Source: Octopus vulgaris (Eukaryota). Taken from it: a DNA stretch of 64,000 bases. The notes below the pieces were generated by a model. It had not been told where the DNA came from. It saw nothing but the letters and a program-made list of their open reading frames with translations, and did not search any database. Position 1 is the first letter of the stretch. Each line of letters begins with the position of its first letter. Made by a program: the position numbers and the translations under genes. Of this stretch, positions 27,371 through 42,025 are shown piece by piece. The DNA is taken from positions 13,764,001 to 13,828,000 of the forward strand of contig OX597830.1 in NCBI GenBank assembly GCA_951406725.2, read 5' to 3'.

Positions 27371-27715
27371 GGAGGCGCAATGGCCCAGTGGTTAGGGCAG
27401 CGGACTCGCGGTTTTGATTCCCAGACTGGGCGTTGTGTGTGTTTATTGAGCAAAAACACCTAAAGCTTCATGAGGCTCCGGCAGGGGGTGGTGGTGACTC
27501 CTGTTGTACTCTTTCGCCCCAACTTTCTCTCACTCTTTCTTCCTGTTTCCTGTCCCCGACTTCCTACGCAACCTGTGAGCCTGGATGCTCACTCATCAAT
27601 CCGCCGATGCTCTCGGTGTCGGGGATTGACCTGCTTTCTCTTCTGCGGGTTTTACGAATAGCGTAGGACCACGTTTCGAACCGCTCGGACTGGACCGCTC
27701 AGCAGCAACAGCAGC
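27371..27715 (+). mobile_element. SINE family C
   Basis: Matches 21116-21510 with two deletions. Confidence 0.85.
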
Positions 27716-28769
27716 ACCGTACTTGTTGTGGGAATTATACTGCATAGGGGGAAATCATTTTCCGGTTCTGAAAGGTTCTGTCCTTAAGTTACAGCCTTTG
27801 CAAAGTTAAAGCTCCTCAACATTAGTGTGACTTAATGTTTGGAGCGATCGCAAGGCCTCTACTTTCACACTGTCCATGTTTAAGGGGCGTGTGAAGCATT
27901 ATGATGTCTTATTCATATAAGCAACATTTAAATGCCATTGCTCATGGGTCTCTTCTGTTGGGGCAATTCCAGGTTAAGAATATATAACATTATTTGTCTT
28001 CTTGCTAGTTTCGTCTCTTCATTTTATACATAGCTCTGTGATGCAAAACTTTTTATTTATTCAGAACAGAATTATACTTTGCGCTTTCAGTCAATAAGTT
28101 ATATTGATAATATGCAATTTTATCATATTTACTACCAACAATATTTCAAATCTGATTATATACAAAAATAAATGTAATCAATACTTTAGACACGTATTAG
28201 CAAATGTTGAAGATCATTTAATCGTATCATCTGATAATTGAATGAAAAGGTTTTTAAAATATTTCATAAATCTTTTATGGTACCGAGCTACTCGGATTTA
28301 TATTTTGGTATAATGAAATAATGTTCTTTCTTTCCTTTTTAAATATTAACAAGGGAAAAAAATCTGCTTCTCAAGCGTGATCTCATTATGGGATATTTAG
28401 AATTCAAAACAAGAAGAGGCGATGTATCTCACCACTTTGATGGTGAATTGTAATTAAATAATTTTGGCAAGGTGGTAGGTGATGTTGAGTATAGACTAAA
28501 AGACTTAGAGGTATAGACTATTTAATCTACAAATATTACAAATCTGTAACAGTTAACAAAGATCCGACAATTGATAGATTTCTTTTCTTCGGAATTTGCT
28601 GCCTGGTCTGTAGGCATTCAAACATCTGTATTTACAAAATCTTCATCTTGTGTGTGTGGGTGGTGGTAAGTGCGTAGGTGTGTGTGGGTGGTTGTAAGTG
28701 CGTAGGTGTGTGTGTGCGTGTGTGATGGTGGTCGTTGGATGAGTGTGTAAATATGTGCGTGTGTATGTG

Positions 28770-28816
<47 letters not shown>

Positions 28817-28821
28817 GTACA

Positions 28822-28897
<76 letters not shown>

Positions 28898-29317
28898 TGT
28901 ATGTATATGTGTATGTATGTATGTATGTGTGTGCGTATATATATGTGTGTGTATGTATGTATAAGACAAGGCATAAATAATGGTCATTACATATTTTTCT
29001 TTATTGTAGTAAATTTGTCTTACACCTGTTTCCAAACTATGTATGTATATATGTATATATATATATGTGTGTATATATATATATCTCTTTCTTCACTAAC
29101 ACGCTCATACACACACATGCGCACACATACTCACACATGCACGCACGTATGTATAAGTTGTCTTTTTTTATATTTATTTATTCAATGTACGGATGTAATT
29201 CCTCAACATTTGTTGAGCACTGTGGTAAAAAAATAATACATCGCTATGACTAATTATGATGTACCCTGTGGAGCAAGGATGTGTTATCGAGTATATCTAC
29301 ATTCATAAATAACACAT

Positions 29318-29348
<31 letters not shown>

Positions 29349-30159
29349 TACTCACACACACACACTCACACACATACACACATGCTTAGTTAAACGCGCA
29401 ATTATTTATAGATGTAAACAGACATGTATTCTATGATGTATATTAAACAATTTTGCATACAATGTATATGGACCTGAGAACTTCATTGTGAAAAGCATTA
29501 GACATTTATGTACGTGTATAATGTTGTGAACAAATATCCTACTTATGCGTACGAACTGCCTAAATACATATAACATATACATGTGTTTAAGAAAAAGAGG
29601 AAAAAAACGTTGAATTTTTCTTGAGGTTCATTTTTTAAAGACTTTATTAGATTTTATAACAGAAATTGTAAAACCCCAGAAGAATTTTATTGTGAAATCC
29701 TAAAAGATAACTAAGGTTTAAGTGAACAGACAGAATAATAAAGCTTGAATCCAGAAGCATAATAAAGACCTTTTTGAAAGGTGCTATATTTGACTATAAT
29801 ATTAAATATTGCAGAAATGGAAATTTTAAATAACACATAAATATGTATAAGAAAATTGAAATATTCAAAATAGCAACTTGGGCGCATAATAGATAAAATG
29901 AAGTTTTAAAAATAATAAAAATTCAATAAATGAAATATAATAATGGAAAATTTTAAAATAAATTGGAAAAATGATAAAAAAGATTTTTAAAATAAATTTA
30001 TGAAATATATTTTTTACTTGAAAATAATAAATGAGGATAAAAAAAAGTCAGAGCAATAAGGAAAATAAATTTAAAAAGTATACATAAATAAAATTATATA
30101 TAAATGAAATGTAAAATAGAGTAAAAGTTTGAAAGGGGGCAAGTAAATGAACTGATGCT

Positions 30160-30336
30160 GCATGTAGGGTAGTGGGGGAGGGGAGGGTGAACGATGGACC
30201 AGAGAGGTGGGGGAATGGTGGTGGTGGGGGGATAAGCATTGGGCGGAGGGGATGGAGAAGACGAAAAGGGGTGGTGAAGGGTGGAGGAGTGATTGGAGAA
30301 GGGAAGAATAGAAGAGAGTAGGTGAGAGGGAGGAAA

Positions 30337-30368
<32 letters not shown>

Positions 30369-31220
30369 AGGAGGATGGAAATAGGTGAGATGGAAGAGAA
30401 TCGGAAAGGGAGAGAGAGAGAGAGAGAGAGAGTGAGAGGGTGAGGAGAGATGAAAGATAGAAAGTGAGGGAAGCGAGTGAATAGAGGGTGAGTGATAGTG
30501 TAGATAGATAGGAAGATAGATTGAGCGAGAGAGAGAGAAAGGGGGAAAGAGAGAGGGAAAGGTTGGAGGAATAGGTAGAGGTAGGTTTTGATGAAGAGAG
30601 AAGAAAGAGGAAATAGGGGCTGGGGAAGGAAAATATGCAAACGGGAGAGAGGAAAGAAGGGGACTGATGAGGGATGGCGTGAAGAACGATGGGATAAAGA
30701 ATATGGTAAGGACAAAGAGTAGATTGGGTGTAAGATGAAAAGTTTGGGAGGCTGGATTAGAGGAAGACAGAGAGAGAAAGAGGGAGTGAGAGAGAGGGAG
30801 GAAGGGAGCTTGTAGGATGAGGGAGAGGGGTGTATAGTAGGGTGAGGAAGATTAAGTAGTGTGGGTAGGGGTTAGCAAGAGAGAGAGAGAGAGAATAGTG
30901 GGGGAGGGGGGCTGATAAGAGAGGAGGAATAGGTAAAAAGTAGAAAAAGGCATGAGAGGGGGAAATATTTGAAGGGGGTAGAAACAAAGGTAGCAGGATG
31001 GGAACGTAAGGGACCTTGATAAGAGTTGCAATGAAGGTGAGAGGGGGCAGGGTAAATGTGTTGAGGGAGTCGAGGCAGAGAGCTAGAAAGGAATAGGAGA
31101 CAATAAGGGTAGGAGACGAAATGATGGGTATATGATTAGAAGAGGATGAGGAAAAAGGGGGGGGCAGTTAGATAGATGTAAGGGGGTGAGGGAGAAGGAT
31201 AGGCTCCGGTAAGAGAGTCA
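30160..31220. repeat. About 1 kb purine-rich (G/A) low-complexity tract
   Basis: Direct reading. Confidence 0.8.
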
Positions 31221-31347
31221 GGGAAATATTAATAAGTCAGAATTGTGTGTATTTATCAGTATATATGACCTGTGTGTGTATGTGTGTGTGCGCGTGTGTG
31301 TGTGCGCACCTGTCTCTATGTACGTATCCATATATGTGTGTGTATGT

Positions 31348-31394
<47 letters not shown>

Positions 31395-31595
31395 TATATA
31401 CACACATATATATATACACATATATATAAATATATATACACACATACACACACACACACTCATATATGCAGGAAAGCATGTGCGATGTACGCTTCAACAC
31501 ATACCTAACTCACACACGTATCAACACGCGCATAATCCAACTATGTATATATACATATACATACATACTCACATATATATATATATATATATGCA

Positions 31596-31638
<43 letters not shown>

Positions 31639-31743
31639 GCATATATATATATATATACATACATATATATATATATATGTATTTATGTAAATGTATATAT
31701 ACATATGTATATATGTATGTATGTATATGTATGTATATGTATG

Positions 31744-31774
<31 letters not shown>

Positions 31775-32723
31775 ATGTATGTGTGTATGTATATATGTTT
31801 GTGTGTATGTATTGCGGACAATGGGTAAAGAAGGAGACATTGAGTGAAGAATATGAAGATATGTTGGAGTGAGAAAGAAGAAGGAGAAAGAAGAGAATGG
31901 CGTGAGAAAAGCAGCGAGGGATGTTATGTTTAGAGAGAGTAGCAGGGAACATATAAGCAACAACAGCAACAACAAAAACAACAACATCTAAATGTTAACA
32001 TATAAATTAAAATATCCGAGGAAAAAATAATTGACGACATCTTTAACAATGAGGCAGGGAAGAGGGCTAGGAGGAGGAGGAGGAGAAAGTCCATGAGTGA
32101 TGGCGAGAGAGAGAGACTGAGAGAGAGAGGAGCGAGAAGTGAGAGAGAGGGATGTTGATAAAGAGAGTGGTATATTATGAGGAATTGTAGTATATATATA
32201 TATATATATATAAAAAAAAGGAATTCACGGGCGAAGAAGGGAGTAAGTAATAAGTGAAATGGACGGGTAAAGAATGATGGGAGAGGGGCTCAAGAGTGGG
32301 CGGGTGAGGTATGGAGGGGGAAACAATGTTAGGAAGGAACAGAGAGAAAGGCCTGAGCCAGAGTTGGAGGAAGGAGAGTAGAGAACTGTAGGCGTTGGGT
32401 GCCAGCATGATTGAGATAAGACCGGGTGATGAGGGAGCAGACTGATAAATGATGGTGTGGTGACGGTGACGGTGGTGGTGGTGGTGGTGGTGGTGGTGGT
32501 GGTGGCGATGGTGGTGGTGGTGGTGGTGGTGGTAGCGGTGGTGGTAGGGCTACAGTAAGGGACGGTAGTGTGTGGTGTTAATAGAAGGGTGAAGAGGTGT
32601 TCCTGTGGTGGGGGCATTGCTAGATAGTGTGGACAGTATAAGGGGAAGTAAGCTTAGAAGATGGGCAGAATCTTATATAGTATTAGATGCGAGGGGTAGG
32701 ATGAGGTTGACAAAACGACATAC

Positions 32724-32777
<54 letters not shown>

Positions 32778-34857
32778 GGTGTAGTAGTAGGAGTAGTAGG
32801 AGTTGTAGGAGCAGCAGCAGCAGTAGGGGTAGTTTAGACAGAAAAATCAATGTTACTAGTCTCAAAGATTGAAGAGCAGCTACAACAGTAGTAGTAGAAG
32901 CAGCAGCTACAACAACAACAACAACAATAACAACAACAACAACAACAATAACAACAACAACAACAACAGCAACAACAACAACAACAGCAACAACAACAAC
33001 AACAACAGCACTAACAAATATAGCAACAACAACGACAACAACAATAATAAGGATTCGAGAGGGGATTAGTCGATGGCACTGCCTCCAGTTCTTGAATGGT
33101 AATTTTAATTTAACAACTCCTGAGGAATGAAAGGCGAATTTAACCTTGGCGGGATTTGAACTCAGAAAATAATGAGCCAGAATAAAATGCCACAAAACAT
33201 TTTTCCCCGACATTTTAACGATTCTGATTTCTCGCCGCTCTTAATTGTTTGTAATTTTAGCAAAGAATAAAAAAATGAAAAAACGCAATTATTGTGGGTT
33301 GGGGGAGGCATTAGTCAATACCGCTGATACCTTTTTTTATCGACCCCGGAGGGATGGAGAGGCAAAGTTGTCTTCAGTGGGATTTCAAGTCAGAACGTAA
33401 CAAGTTCTAGAGACCAGACATTCTAATGACTCGGCAAAATGATGACAGTTTCTAGTTTTGACATAATTACACCGCAAATTTTAATGGATGGCGTAAACGA
33501 TTGTCGAGCCAGAGCAGATCAATGGCGGATTTGCTATCGATGTTCTTTGAATCCTGATATTGTCACAAGGTCAGACATTGTGTGAAGGTCCCAATCGATG
33601 AGAGAGACACCAGTACTTTAATGCTACGTATTTTGTTAATGCAGTATCAGGAATCGGGTCAATGCTGATAGGATGGCGTAACAATATCAAATGCTCAACA
33701 GAGTTACAAAAGCACAACGTGGGTATATATACATTATTTGCATTATTTACATTTGTAAATAATGTAAATAATGTACATAATTCCTCATCTCTTAAATCTA
33801 GAAGTGTGGGTGTATATAGTTGACCTCCATACTTAACGCCATAAAGGTGAGAATCATACACGAGCCCTGGTGGAATTTAAACTCATAGGCGTCAATAGGT
33901 GTATTTCAATGGGCCAATCAGATCAGGTCTCTAAGGTATTCCGCCATTCTGATGGTTATAGAATAATTAAAATTATTAAGATGGAGACAAGGTCACGCAT
34001 TTAGTGTCGATAGTGATGGGGGCCAATATTTCAGTGGTATTTATGTTGTTGTTCTTGTTTAGACCCAGATCAGTCCTAATTGAGTGGAAGTATGATTAAA
34101 GACATTTCAGTTCTGACCACGTTGTTGATTTGCCCCTAATTTAGTTTAGAGTGAACAAACCAAACATCAATCAAAGACACCTCAGCCATTAAAAAAAAAC
34201 CTGTTTTTGTTTAGTTTTGTTTGGCGTATTGTTTCATCCAAAAAATGTTTCTTCTAAGACGTTAGAATATATTTTGAGGGATGAATACGTAGAGGATTCC
34301 TCGTGATATTGATATTGGCTTCAGTGCCAGTTGAATTAAATACGCTATGTTGAGCCACTCCACCGTCGTTCTCTGCTCTCATACAACAACAGTTATAATA
34401 ATTTGTTGTGTTTTTTTGTGGCTAGGATGATGATATATATCTCAGAAATTCATCGTAATTGTATTTTGACAATCACGGGAAGACGAAAGACAAAAGACAA
34501 AATCGATCCGAGCATGATTAAATACTTGACATAATGTGGCCCTTAAAGAAGGATTTGGCCCGGTAGTGTTTTGTTCACTCGGTTGAAATCTCACTAAGGA
34601 AAACTTTGTCTTTCATCCTCCTTCAGCTCGATTAAAAATTTACCAAATACAGGTTCCTTTCTTCTTCACTCTTCTCCATCCTTCCCTCTCCTTCTCTTTC
34701 ACGCCGGAAGTCGTGATTTGGGCGCCCCTACGTCAACATCAGGTGTTTAGGAACCAAGTGTAAAAGGATACAAACACGCTCACGCACGTTCACACATACT
34801 CACACACTTACACTCACACATATTATTATCATCATTATCATCATTATTATTATTATT

Positions 34858-35125
34858 TTCTTCTTCTTCCAAATTTGCTTCCATTTCTTGCCGGGTGTCT
34901 TCCCGACTCCTAGGGCAAAGAAACTCATAGTATACATTGGTAGGCCATTAAACTAAACTCACTAGTTCGTTCATTTTTTTTAAAGTTAAATTAAAATACA
35001 TGGGTAGTAATAGTTCTCACATCGATAATGCTCTTCTCAATACGTGTGATGTACCAGTTAAGACAATCTTTTGCACTTCTTGCAGGGATGGTAAGCCAGG
35101 GATCATTCCCATATAATTTTTAATC
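34858..35125 (-). mobile_element. R4/Dong LINE 3' end
   Basis: Encodes KNYMGMIPGLPSLQEVQKIVLTGTSHVLRRALSM*, then a 3' UTR running into (TAA)n. Confidence 0.8.
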
Positions 35126-35170
35126 ATCATTATCATTATTATTATTATCATTATTATTATTATTATTATT

Positions 35171-35563
35171 GAGTGAGAGAGCAGTTCATGCCATCAAAGT
35201 GACACTGGGGTAAAATATACGAAGCCCAATATACCCATCATGACTACCCGTCTGATAAGGGTACACCAGGCACATGCATCACAACCATATGTGCGCTACA
35301 TGGTGATCTCATATCAAGGTAAACAGCGCATGACCTTGCAGGTGGGGCCCAGTTAGAATTTTCTTCAGGTCGAGGAGTATCCCGGTCAAAAGGTCCCTGA
35401 ATATGGGTTGTTTAAGGATGTTGAAAGAACCACCCATGTTTCCAGAGGTGAATTATTCAAACCCCAAAGAATCCCTCTCAACACATGGCTATGATGCTCT
35501 CCCACTACTTCTGCTCGTGATCAGAGATGCACATATCGTCAGCCACTAAGGGACATGCTCAAC
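35171..35563. mobile_element. Putative non-coding insertion in an (ATT)n array, family unknown
   Basis: About 390 bp of complex sequence sharply bounded by (ATT)n on both sides; single copy in the window. Confidence 0.45.
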
Positions 35564-35669
<106 letters not shown>

Positions 35670-35691
35670 CATTATTATTATCATCATCATA

Positions 35692-35890
35692 AAGGCGGCG
35701 AGCTGGCAGAATCGTTAGCATGCCGGGCGAATGTCTGTCGCTACATTTCGAGTTCAAATACCACCGATGTTGACTTTGCCTTTCATCCTTTCGGGGTCGA
35801 TACAATAAGTAGCAGTTGAACACTGGGGTCGTTGTAATTGAATCATCCCCAACCTCCTCCAAGCTGTGCTTGTGGCAAAAATTTGAAATA
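35692..35890 (+). mobile_element. SINE family A, alternative 3' tail
   Basis: Head and central domain match the family. Confidence 0.8.
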
Positions 35891-35912
35891 ATAATAAGAA
35901 AAATAATAATCA

Positions 35913-35979
<67 letters not shown>

Positions 35980-35981
<2 letters not shown>

Positions 35982-36402
35982 TATGTTTGACTTTTGCTTT
36001 ATATTTGTACAAGTTGGCTCCAAGTCTCACCCAGAGACCTCAAGAGACAACAGGGTTGGAAGTTCATGTTGTTGTTATGCCTAGTGTGCCATATATTTGG
36101 GGGTGGGTGGGGGTGTTGTACTAATGAATGTCTAAAAAAAAATTTTTTTTTAAACCGAAAATTATGTTTGTTTTAAACCTTGAGATTACATAGAAAGTAT
36201 TTTGCGTAGGATATGAGCAGTTCCCATGAGCACTATCTTTTGAATTTCTGCCATTTTTGGGTTTCCTGGTATCTGAGTTAGGTAGCTATCTGCCCCTTTT
36301 GCTATCATTCCCAGGGCACCTATGACAACAGGTATTGTTTTAGTCTTCAGCTTCCACATTTTGCTGATTTCTATTTCAAGATCTTTATATTTGCTCAGTT
36401 TT
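35980..36402 (-). mobile_element. R4/Dong LINE 3' end (C-terminus of the RLE endonuclease region)
   Basis: KLSKYKDLEIEISKMWKLKTKTIPVVIGALGMI...EIQKIVLMGTAHILRKILSM*; (TAA)n on both sides. Confidence 0.88.
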
Positions 36403-36411
36403 TGGTAGGTC

Positions 36412-36481
<70 letters not shown>

Positions 36482-36974
36482 CGCTTCAGCTGGGGATGTG
36501 TATTTGGAGCGCTGTAAGTTTATAACTAATTCACTTGTTTGAAAAGGTTCTATACTGTTGTTGTTCAAATCTTTTTGCAATCCAGCTACCCTTCTGGGAG
36601 GTTGACGTTTGTTAACCAAAGCCCTTTTTTGGGGGGTGATACAAATCTTTTTGTTTTCAAATTTCTTCGGAAATTGGCTTCGAAGAAAATAAACATTGAA
36701 TATAGCGGCGAAAAGTGGGAGTGAAGAAGGAAGGTGGCACGGCAATTTGCCCGAAGACTTCCCCGTCCTCTCCACCATGATTGGCGGTAGACAGCAGGAA
36801 GAAAAGAAGGAAGAAGAATAAGAATCAAGAAGAATAGTCAAGAAAAAAGAAAGAAGATGAAAAGCAGAAAGAAGGCGAGAAGAAGGAAGGAGTAAAGTCT
36901 TCCTCATTACATGGATATCGCAGTAGCACGAAGAACAACATTGAAAGAAAGTGTGGTGAAGAATCTAAGAAAAA

Positions 36975-37565
36975 TTGAGTGAGCGGCGGGAAAGAGACTT
37001 TTGCAAATATCACGGCAGCAAGAGATTGGTTAACATCTCATTGGGGAACAAAATAGAAAAGCTAAACAAGGCAGCAAAATATATCAAAATGAAAGGAAGG
37101 GAGACAGAGTTGATACTTCCAAGTTACGTGCTTAACGCAACAGCCAAACGGACAGTTGCCTACAGGAGCGTGAACACAAAGACAAGGAACCTCGAAGATG
37201 CTAAACGCGGCCAGGTGGGAAAAGCCTTCAAAGACATATGGCAGGATATCCACCACATCGCGAGAGCGAGGCAGTACGGTAGAATAGAGGTCCTTTTTAT
37301 GACCGAGGGGCGATACAGACCTCGGTAACCACGCATCGCACCGAGGAAATTGTTCTCTTCCCAACGTACATGAGAAGAAGGCCGGTACGAATTACGGTAC
37401 CTGGTGTCCCACCAAGCCTGGATTTATGATGGATTCTCACCTATATTTGTACGGACAGGGGATATAATCTCCTAGATGTTAGAAGATTGAGGAGGGAGGA
37501 TTGGGTTGGAATTACCTTGGAGGTTCTTCTCCACGTCAAGCCAAAGAAGTTAGATTTCCCTTTTG
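36975..37565 (+). pseudogene. Possible LINE ORF1 (gag-like) fragment
   Basis: Complex basic peptide continuing across a frameshift into PTYMRRRPVRITVPGVPP; family assignment is weak. Confidence 0.35.
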
Positions 37566-37699
37566 AAGGGTGAACGTGGAGAGCAGAAGGTTAAACAGTA
37601 ATTCCGTTTACGTTTGCGTAACTGAGATATTTTGGTTGGATTATATAGTCATTGGTGTTACATTACTTTATGTAACTTTTATAAAGTTGTTTTACAGCT

Positions 37700-37880
37700 T
37701 TTGTAAAGGCCTATTCGCATCTATTTTTCTGTCAATTTCAACGGTGAAGTTCCAGAGGAGTGAGATGTGATTACTTTCAAGCGCTGGAGGTGGTTTGTGT
37801 TCCCACCAGTTTTTACCATGGGGCAGGTTCAGGTTTTTGCAAATTTCCCAGTGAATATACTGTGCTGCTCTATCATGCCT
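37700..37880 (-). pseudogene. R4/Dong ORF fragment between the zinc knuckle and the RLE domain
   Basis: RHDRAAQYIHWEICK...WWEHKP...LLWNFTVEIDRKIDANRP. Confidence 0.85.
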
Positions 37881-37920
37881 GTTATTATTATTATTATTAT
37901 TATTGTTATTATTATTATTT

Positions 37921-38066
37921 GTTTTGTTGGAGCTCCTGGGGTCTTGCATGCGTAGCGGACTTACTACCTGTAGCTTACGGTACCATGCTGTTTATTCTTT
38001 TCATTTGTCTGATACTTTTCTGATTCTTTTGGCCGTGTCAAGAAGGTAAACCTTTTGTAACTCTCT
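37921..38066 (-). mobile_element. R4/Dong LINE extreme 3' end
   Basis: RELQKVYLLDTAKRIRKV*-like terminus, short UTR, (TAA)n. Confidence 0.65.
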
Positions 38067-38251
38067 TTCTTCTTCTTCTTCTTCTTCTTCTTCTTCTTCT
38101 TCTTCTTCTTCTTCTTCTTCTTCTTCTTCTTCTTCTTCTTCTTCTTCTTCTTCTTCTTCTTCTTCTTCTTCTTCTTCTTCTTCTTTTTCTTCTTCTTCTT
38201 CTTCTTCTTCTTCTTCTTCTTCTTCTTCTTCTTCTTCTTCTTCTTCTTCTT

Positions 38252-38425
38252 CAGTTCTATATTTAAGAGATGAAGAACTATGTACATTATTTACAATTGA
38301 CGGATATTTGTCCTCATCTTGTTTGTTGTTATCACAACGTTTCGGCTGATAAACCCTCCAACCTTCATCAGATGTTTTGGGGAAATTTCGCACCTGGGTT
38401 CTCATTCCTAAGGTATTTTTCGATG
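38252..38425 (-). mobile_element. HHR family 1 body (no head visible); HHR at 38331-38376
   Basis: CAU-CUGAUGA-A-GGUUG/10 nt/CAGCC-GAAA-CG-UU-GUG. Confidence 0.8.
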
Positions 38426-38449
38426 TTGTTGTTGTTGTTGTTGTTGCTG

Positions 38450-38534
<85 letters not shown>

Positions 38535-38545
38535 CATCAACATCA

Positions 38546-38618
<73 letters not shown>

Positions 38619-38629
38619 CATTATTATTC

Positions 38630-40275
38630 GTTGGTTTCACGGTGGAACTGGCCATGCAATTCTATGCAGAGTAGGGTTTCTTCTCTCTCGTTGACTGTTC
38701 TAGATTGGAATTCATGAGCACTCTCAAGTCCATTTTTGTTAAATTCTTCCGCATTAGCAGTATACTGTAACAGGCCTTGTTTGCTGTGTACCAAATATTC
38801 TGCCATGTTTCTTCTTTCAATGTTGATGCATTCCCGTACGCTAATCAGTCCACGTCCACCTTTGCCCCTTCTTCAAGTAGAGCATGTATACATTCGCCTT
38901 AGGTTGGAGGCTACCATACATTGTTACTGTCCTTCGGGTATTTCGATGGAGTTAGTTAATCTCCGCTTGTGTCCATTTCAGGATGAGTGCACTATAGCAG
39001 ACTACAACGACCGCCCATATATTGATGGCAGTCACAGGTTTCCTTAAGTTAAGTTTTGATTTCAAGAGAAGTTTAAGACGCTTGAAATATGCAGTGGTGA
39101 CCTCGTCTTTCATTTCTTTATACAAGATATTGTCCAGCTCCAGGATCTGAAGGTAATTGTACCCATCAACATCCGGGTCTGATTGGCAATTCTATGCCCC
39201 TACAATTTACACTTTTCCCTCCGCTTCAAAGTAAGCATCACACACTTCAAGATACCAAATTCCATCCCTATATCCATGCTACACATTTACAGTCTCAACC
39301 AGACCCTCCATTTTAGGTTCCGCTATTGCGAATAGTTTTAAATCATCCATGAAGAAGAAGGTGGTTGAGAAGAGGTCCATTCTTTCTCAGCTCATATTGC
39401 GCGCTGACTTTGCGTAGGACTACAGAAAGTGGGATCAAGGTTATAAGAAATAACAGAGGTGAACAAGAGTCACCTTGGAAGATACCTCTTTTGCTTGTTA
39501 CCTCGGCTAAATGCTGGTTGTTACTGGAAAGACGTGTTTTCCAAGTAGGCATGCTGTTCTTAATCCAGTGCACACAGGCTCTCAGCTATTTCACACATGT
39601 CGAATGTTTCCAAAATCCACGAATGTGGCAACATGTCGTAAGCCTTTTTGAAGCCTATCCAGGTCATGTATAAGTTTTTTGGTACCGTTTATAGTTTTTC
39701 ATTATAACCTTGTCTATCACAAGGTGGTCCTTGATGCCCTGGGATCCTTTTCAGCATCCCTTTTGTTCTACTGGCAGTAGATTGTTTTCCGTTAGGAACA
39801 TATATATTTTCCCTGTGAGTATACCTGTCAGTATCCTTTCCATAGGAGGTTAAGACAAGCAATGCGTTGGTAATAGCTGACCTCATTGCCCGATCTTCCA
39901 TTAACAATGTTTTCCCCTCTACCATCCACTTTGGAACTGCACCGCTCAGTAGGCAATTCTCTTGAGTGTTGACCTAAACCACTTGAGCCAGCAGGCTTGA
40001 ATTCCGTCTGGTTCTGCCGCTTTCCAGTTTGGCAGTTTTTATGCCTGTGCAATAACATTGTTTTGCGCACATAGTCCTATGTTGGAGCCTCCGGGTTATG
40101 GAGTTCGGATTTCACGGAATGGTTCCACTCAACATTGGCGGGTTTCTTCTGCTTCAGGAGGTGTATTATCTTCTGTATTTCCTCCTAAGCCCTTACGAAA
40201 CTACTTCTGGTTTTTCGAGACTAACGTGTTTTGCTGGAACTACGATATGCAATCGGTGTAGCGCTGCACCTTTAA
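38630..40275 (-). pseudogene. Degenerate R4/Dong reverse transcriptase region
   Basis: KRGIFQGDSCSPLLF, NHLL(F)MDDLKLFA and KGGRGL motifs across several frameshifts. Confidence 0.88.
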
Positions 40276-40318
40276 TGTTTTTGCCCTTATTATTATTATG
40301 ACTATAATCATTGTTATT

Positions 40319-40530
40319 AAGGTGGCAAGCAGGCAGAATCGTTAGCACGCTGGACAAAATGTTTAGCGGTATTTCGCCCGTCGCTACGTTCTGAGTTTAA
40401 AATGCGCTGTGGTCGACTTTGCCCTTCATCTTTTCGGGGTTGATAAAGTAAGTACCAGTTGAACACTGGGGTCGATGTAATCGACACATCCTGTCCCCTA
40501 AAATGCTTTTTGCTTTTAGCAAAATTTGAA
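40319..40530 (+). mobile_element. SINE family A, alternative tail
   Basis: Match to the family. Confidence 0.8.
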
Positions 40531-40623
40531 ACCATTGTAACTGTTGTTGTTGTTGTTGTTCTTCTTCTTCTTCTTCTTCTTCTTCTTCTTCTTCTTCTTC
40601 TTCTTCTTTTTCTTTTTCTTATA

Positions 40624-40691
<68 letters not shown>

Positions 40692-41041
40692 CTTTTACTC
40701 TCCAGTCACAAGGTTGAGAAATTCGTTTCGTCAAGCCTTGGTTCTGAGTTCATACCTTCTCTACACATCTTTGCCATCAAAGTTAGGTAATTGCTGGTAA
40801 ACGAAAACCGTTCGGAAGCTTAGTCTTACGAATATGCATCCTTCATCTTTTATGTAATTCATTCATTGGGCTTCGGCCATGCTGGGGGGGGGGGTGGCGC
40901 CTTAGGCTGTTGATCGAAGAAATCGATCTCGGCCTTTATTTCTAAAGTCTAGTGTTAATCTATCGGTTGAACCGCTAAGTTACGGTAGCATAAACCAATA
41001 TCGCTTGTCAAGCAGTGGTACGGGACAAACACAAACTCAAG

Positions 41042-41073
<32 letters not shown>

Positions 41074-41193
41074 GAAACATACATATATGCATATATATCC
41101 TACATACATACATACATACATACATACACACACATACATATATACATACATACGTACATACGTACATATGCATGCGTACATACATACACATCA

Positions 41194-41251
<58 letters not shown>

Positions 41252-41378
41252 ATGTATGTATGTACGTATGTATGTATGTATGTATGTATGTATGTATGTA
41301 TGTATGTATGTATGTGTATAGGTATGTATGTATGTATGTATGTATGTATGTATGTATGTATGTGTATAGGTATGTATG

Positions 41379-41409
<31 letters not shown>

Positions 41410-41418
41410 GTATGTATG

Positions 41419-41453
<35 letters not shown>

Positions 41454-41958
41454 AGAAACTCTTTTAGTTTTTGTCTATGAAATCTGCTTCAAAGACGTTG
41501 GTCGCCCGAGGCTGTATTAGTAAGGCAGTTGCCCAAGATGCCACGAGGTGGGTCTGAATCCCGAACCATGTTGTTGGAGTACAAACTTCTTACTACACAA
41601 GCACGTCTGCGCCTTTGAAACTTTTGCGGGGAGACAATTGCATCGAACCAGTAATTGACTGGTGCTCATTTAAGCGGTCCTGAAAGGATGAAAGGCAGTA
41701 CTGACCCCGACGAGATTAGAACTCAGAATGTATGGAATCGGAAGAAATTACACAACGCTCTACACGAATCTCTGGCAATCCTGTATACACACACATACAA
41801 ACAAACACGTATATGCATACATACATACATACATACATACATGCATGCATACATTCATACATACATACATACATACATACATACATACATACATACATAC
41901 ATACCTACATACGTACATACATGCGCGCGCCTGTATGGATATAGCTATATAGACAGAC

Positions 41959-42025
<67 letters not shown>

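Noticed and set aside
29263-29285. taccctgtgg resembling the start of miR-10
   Set aside because: Match ends after 8 nt and no hairpin partner is visible
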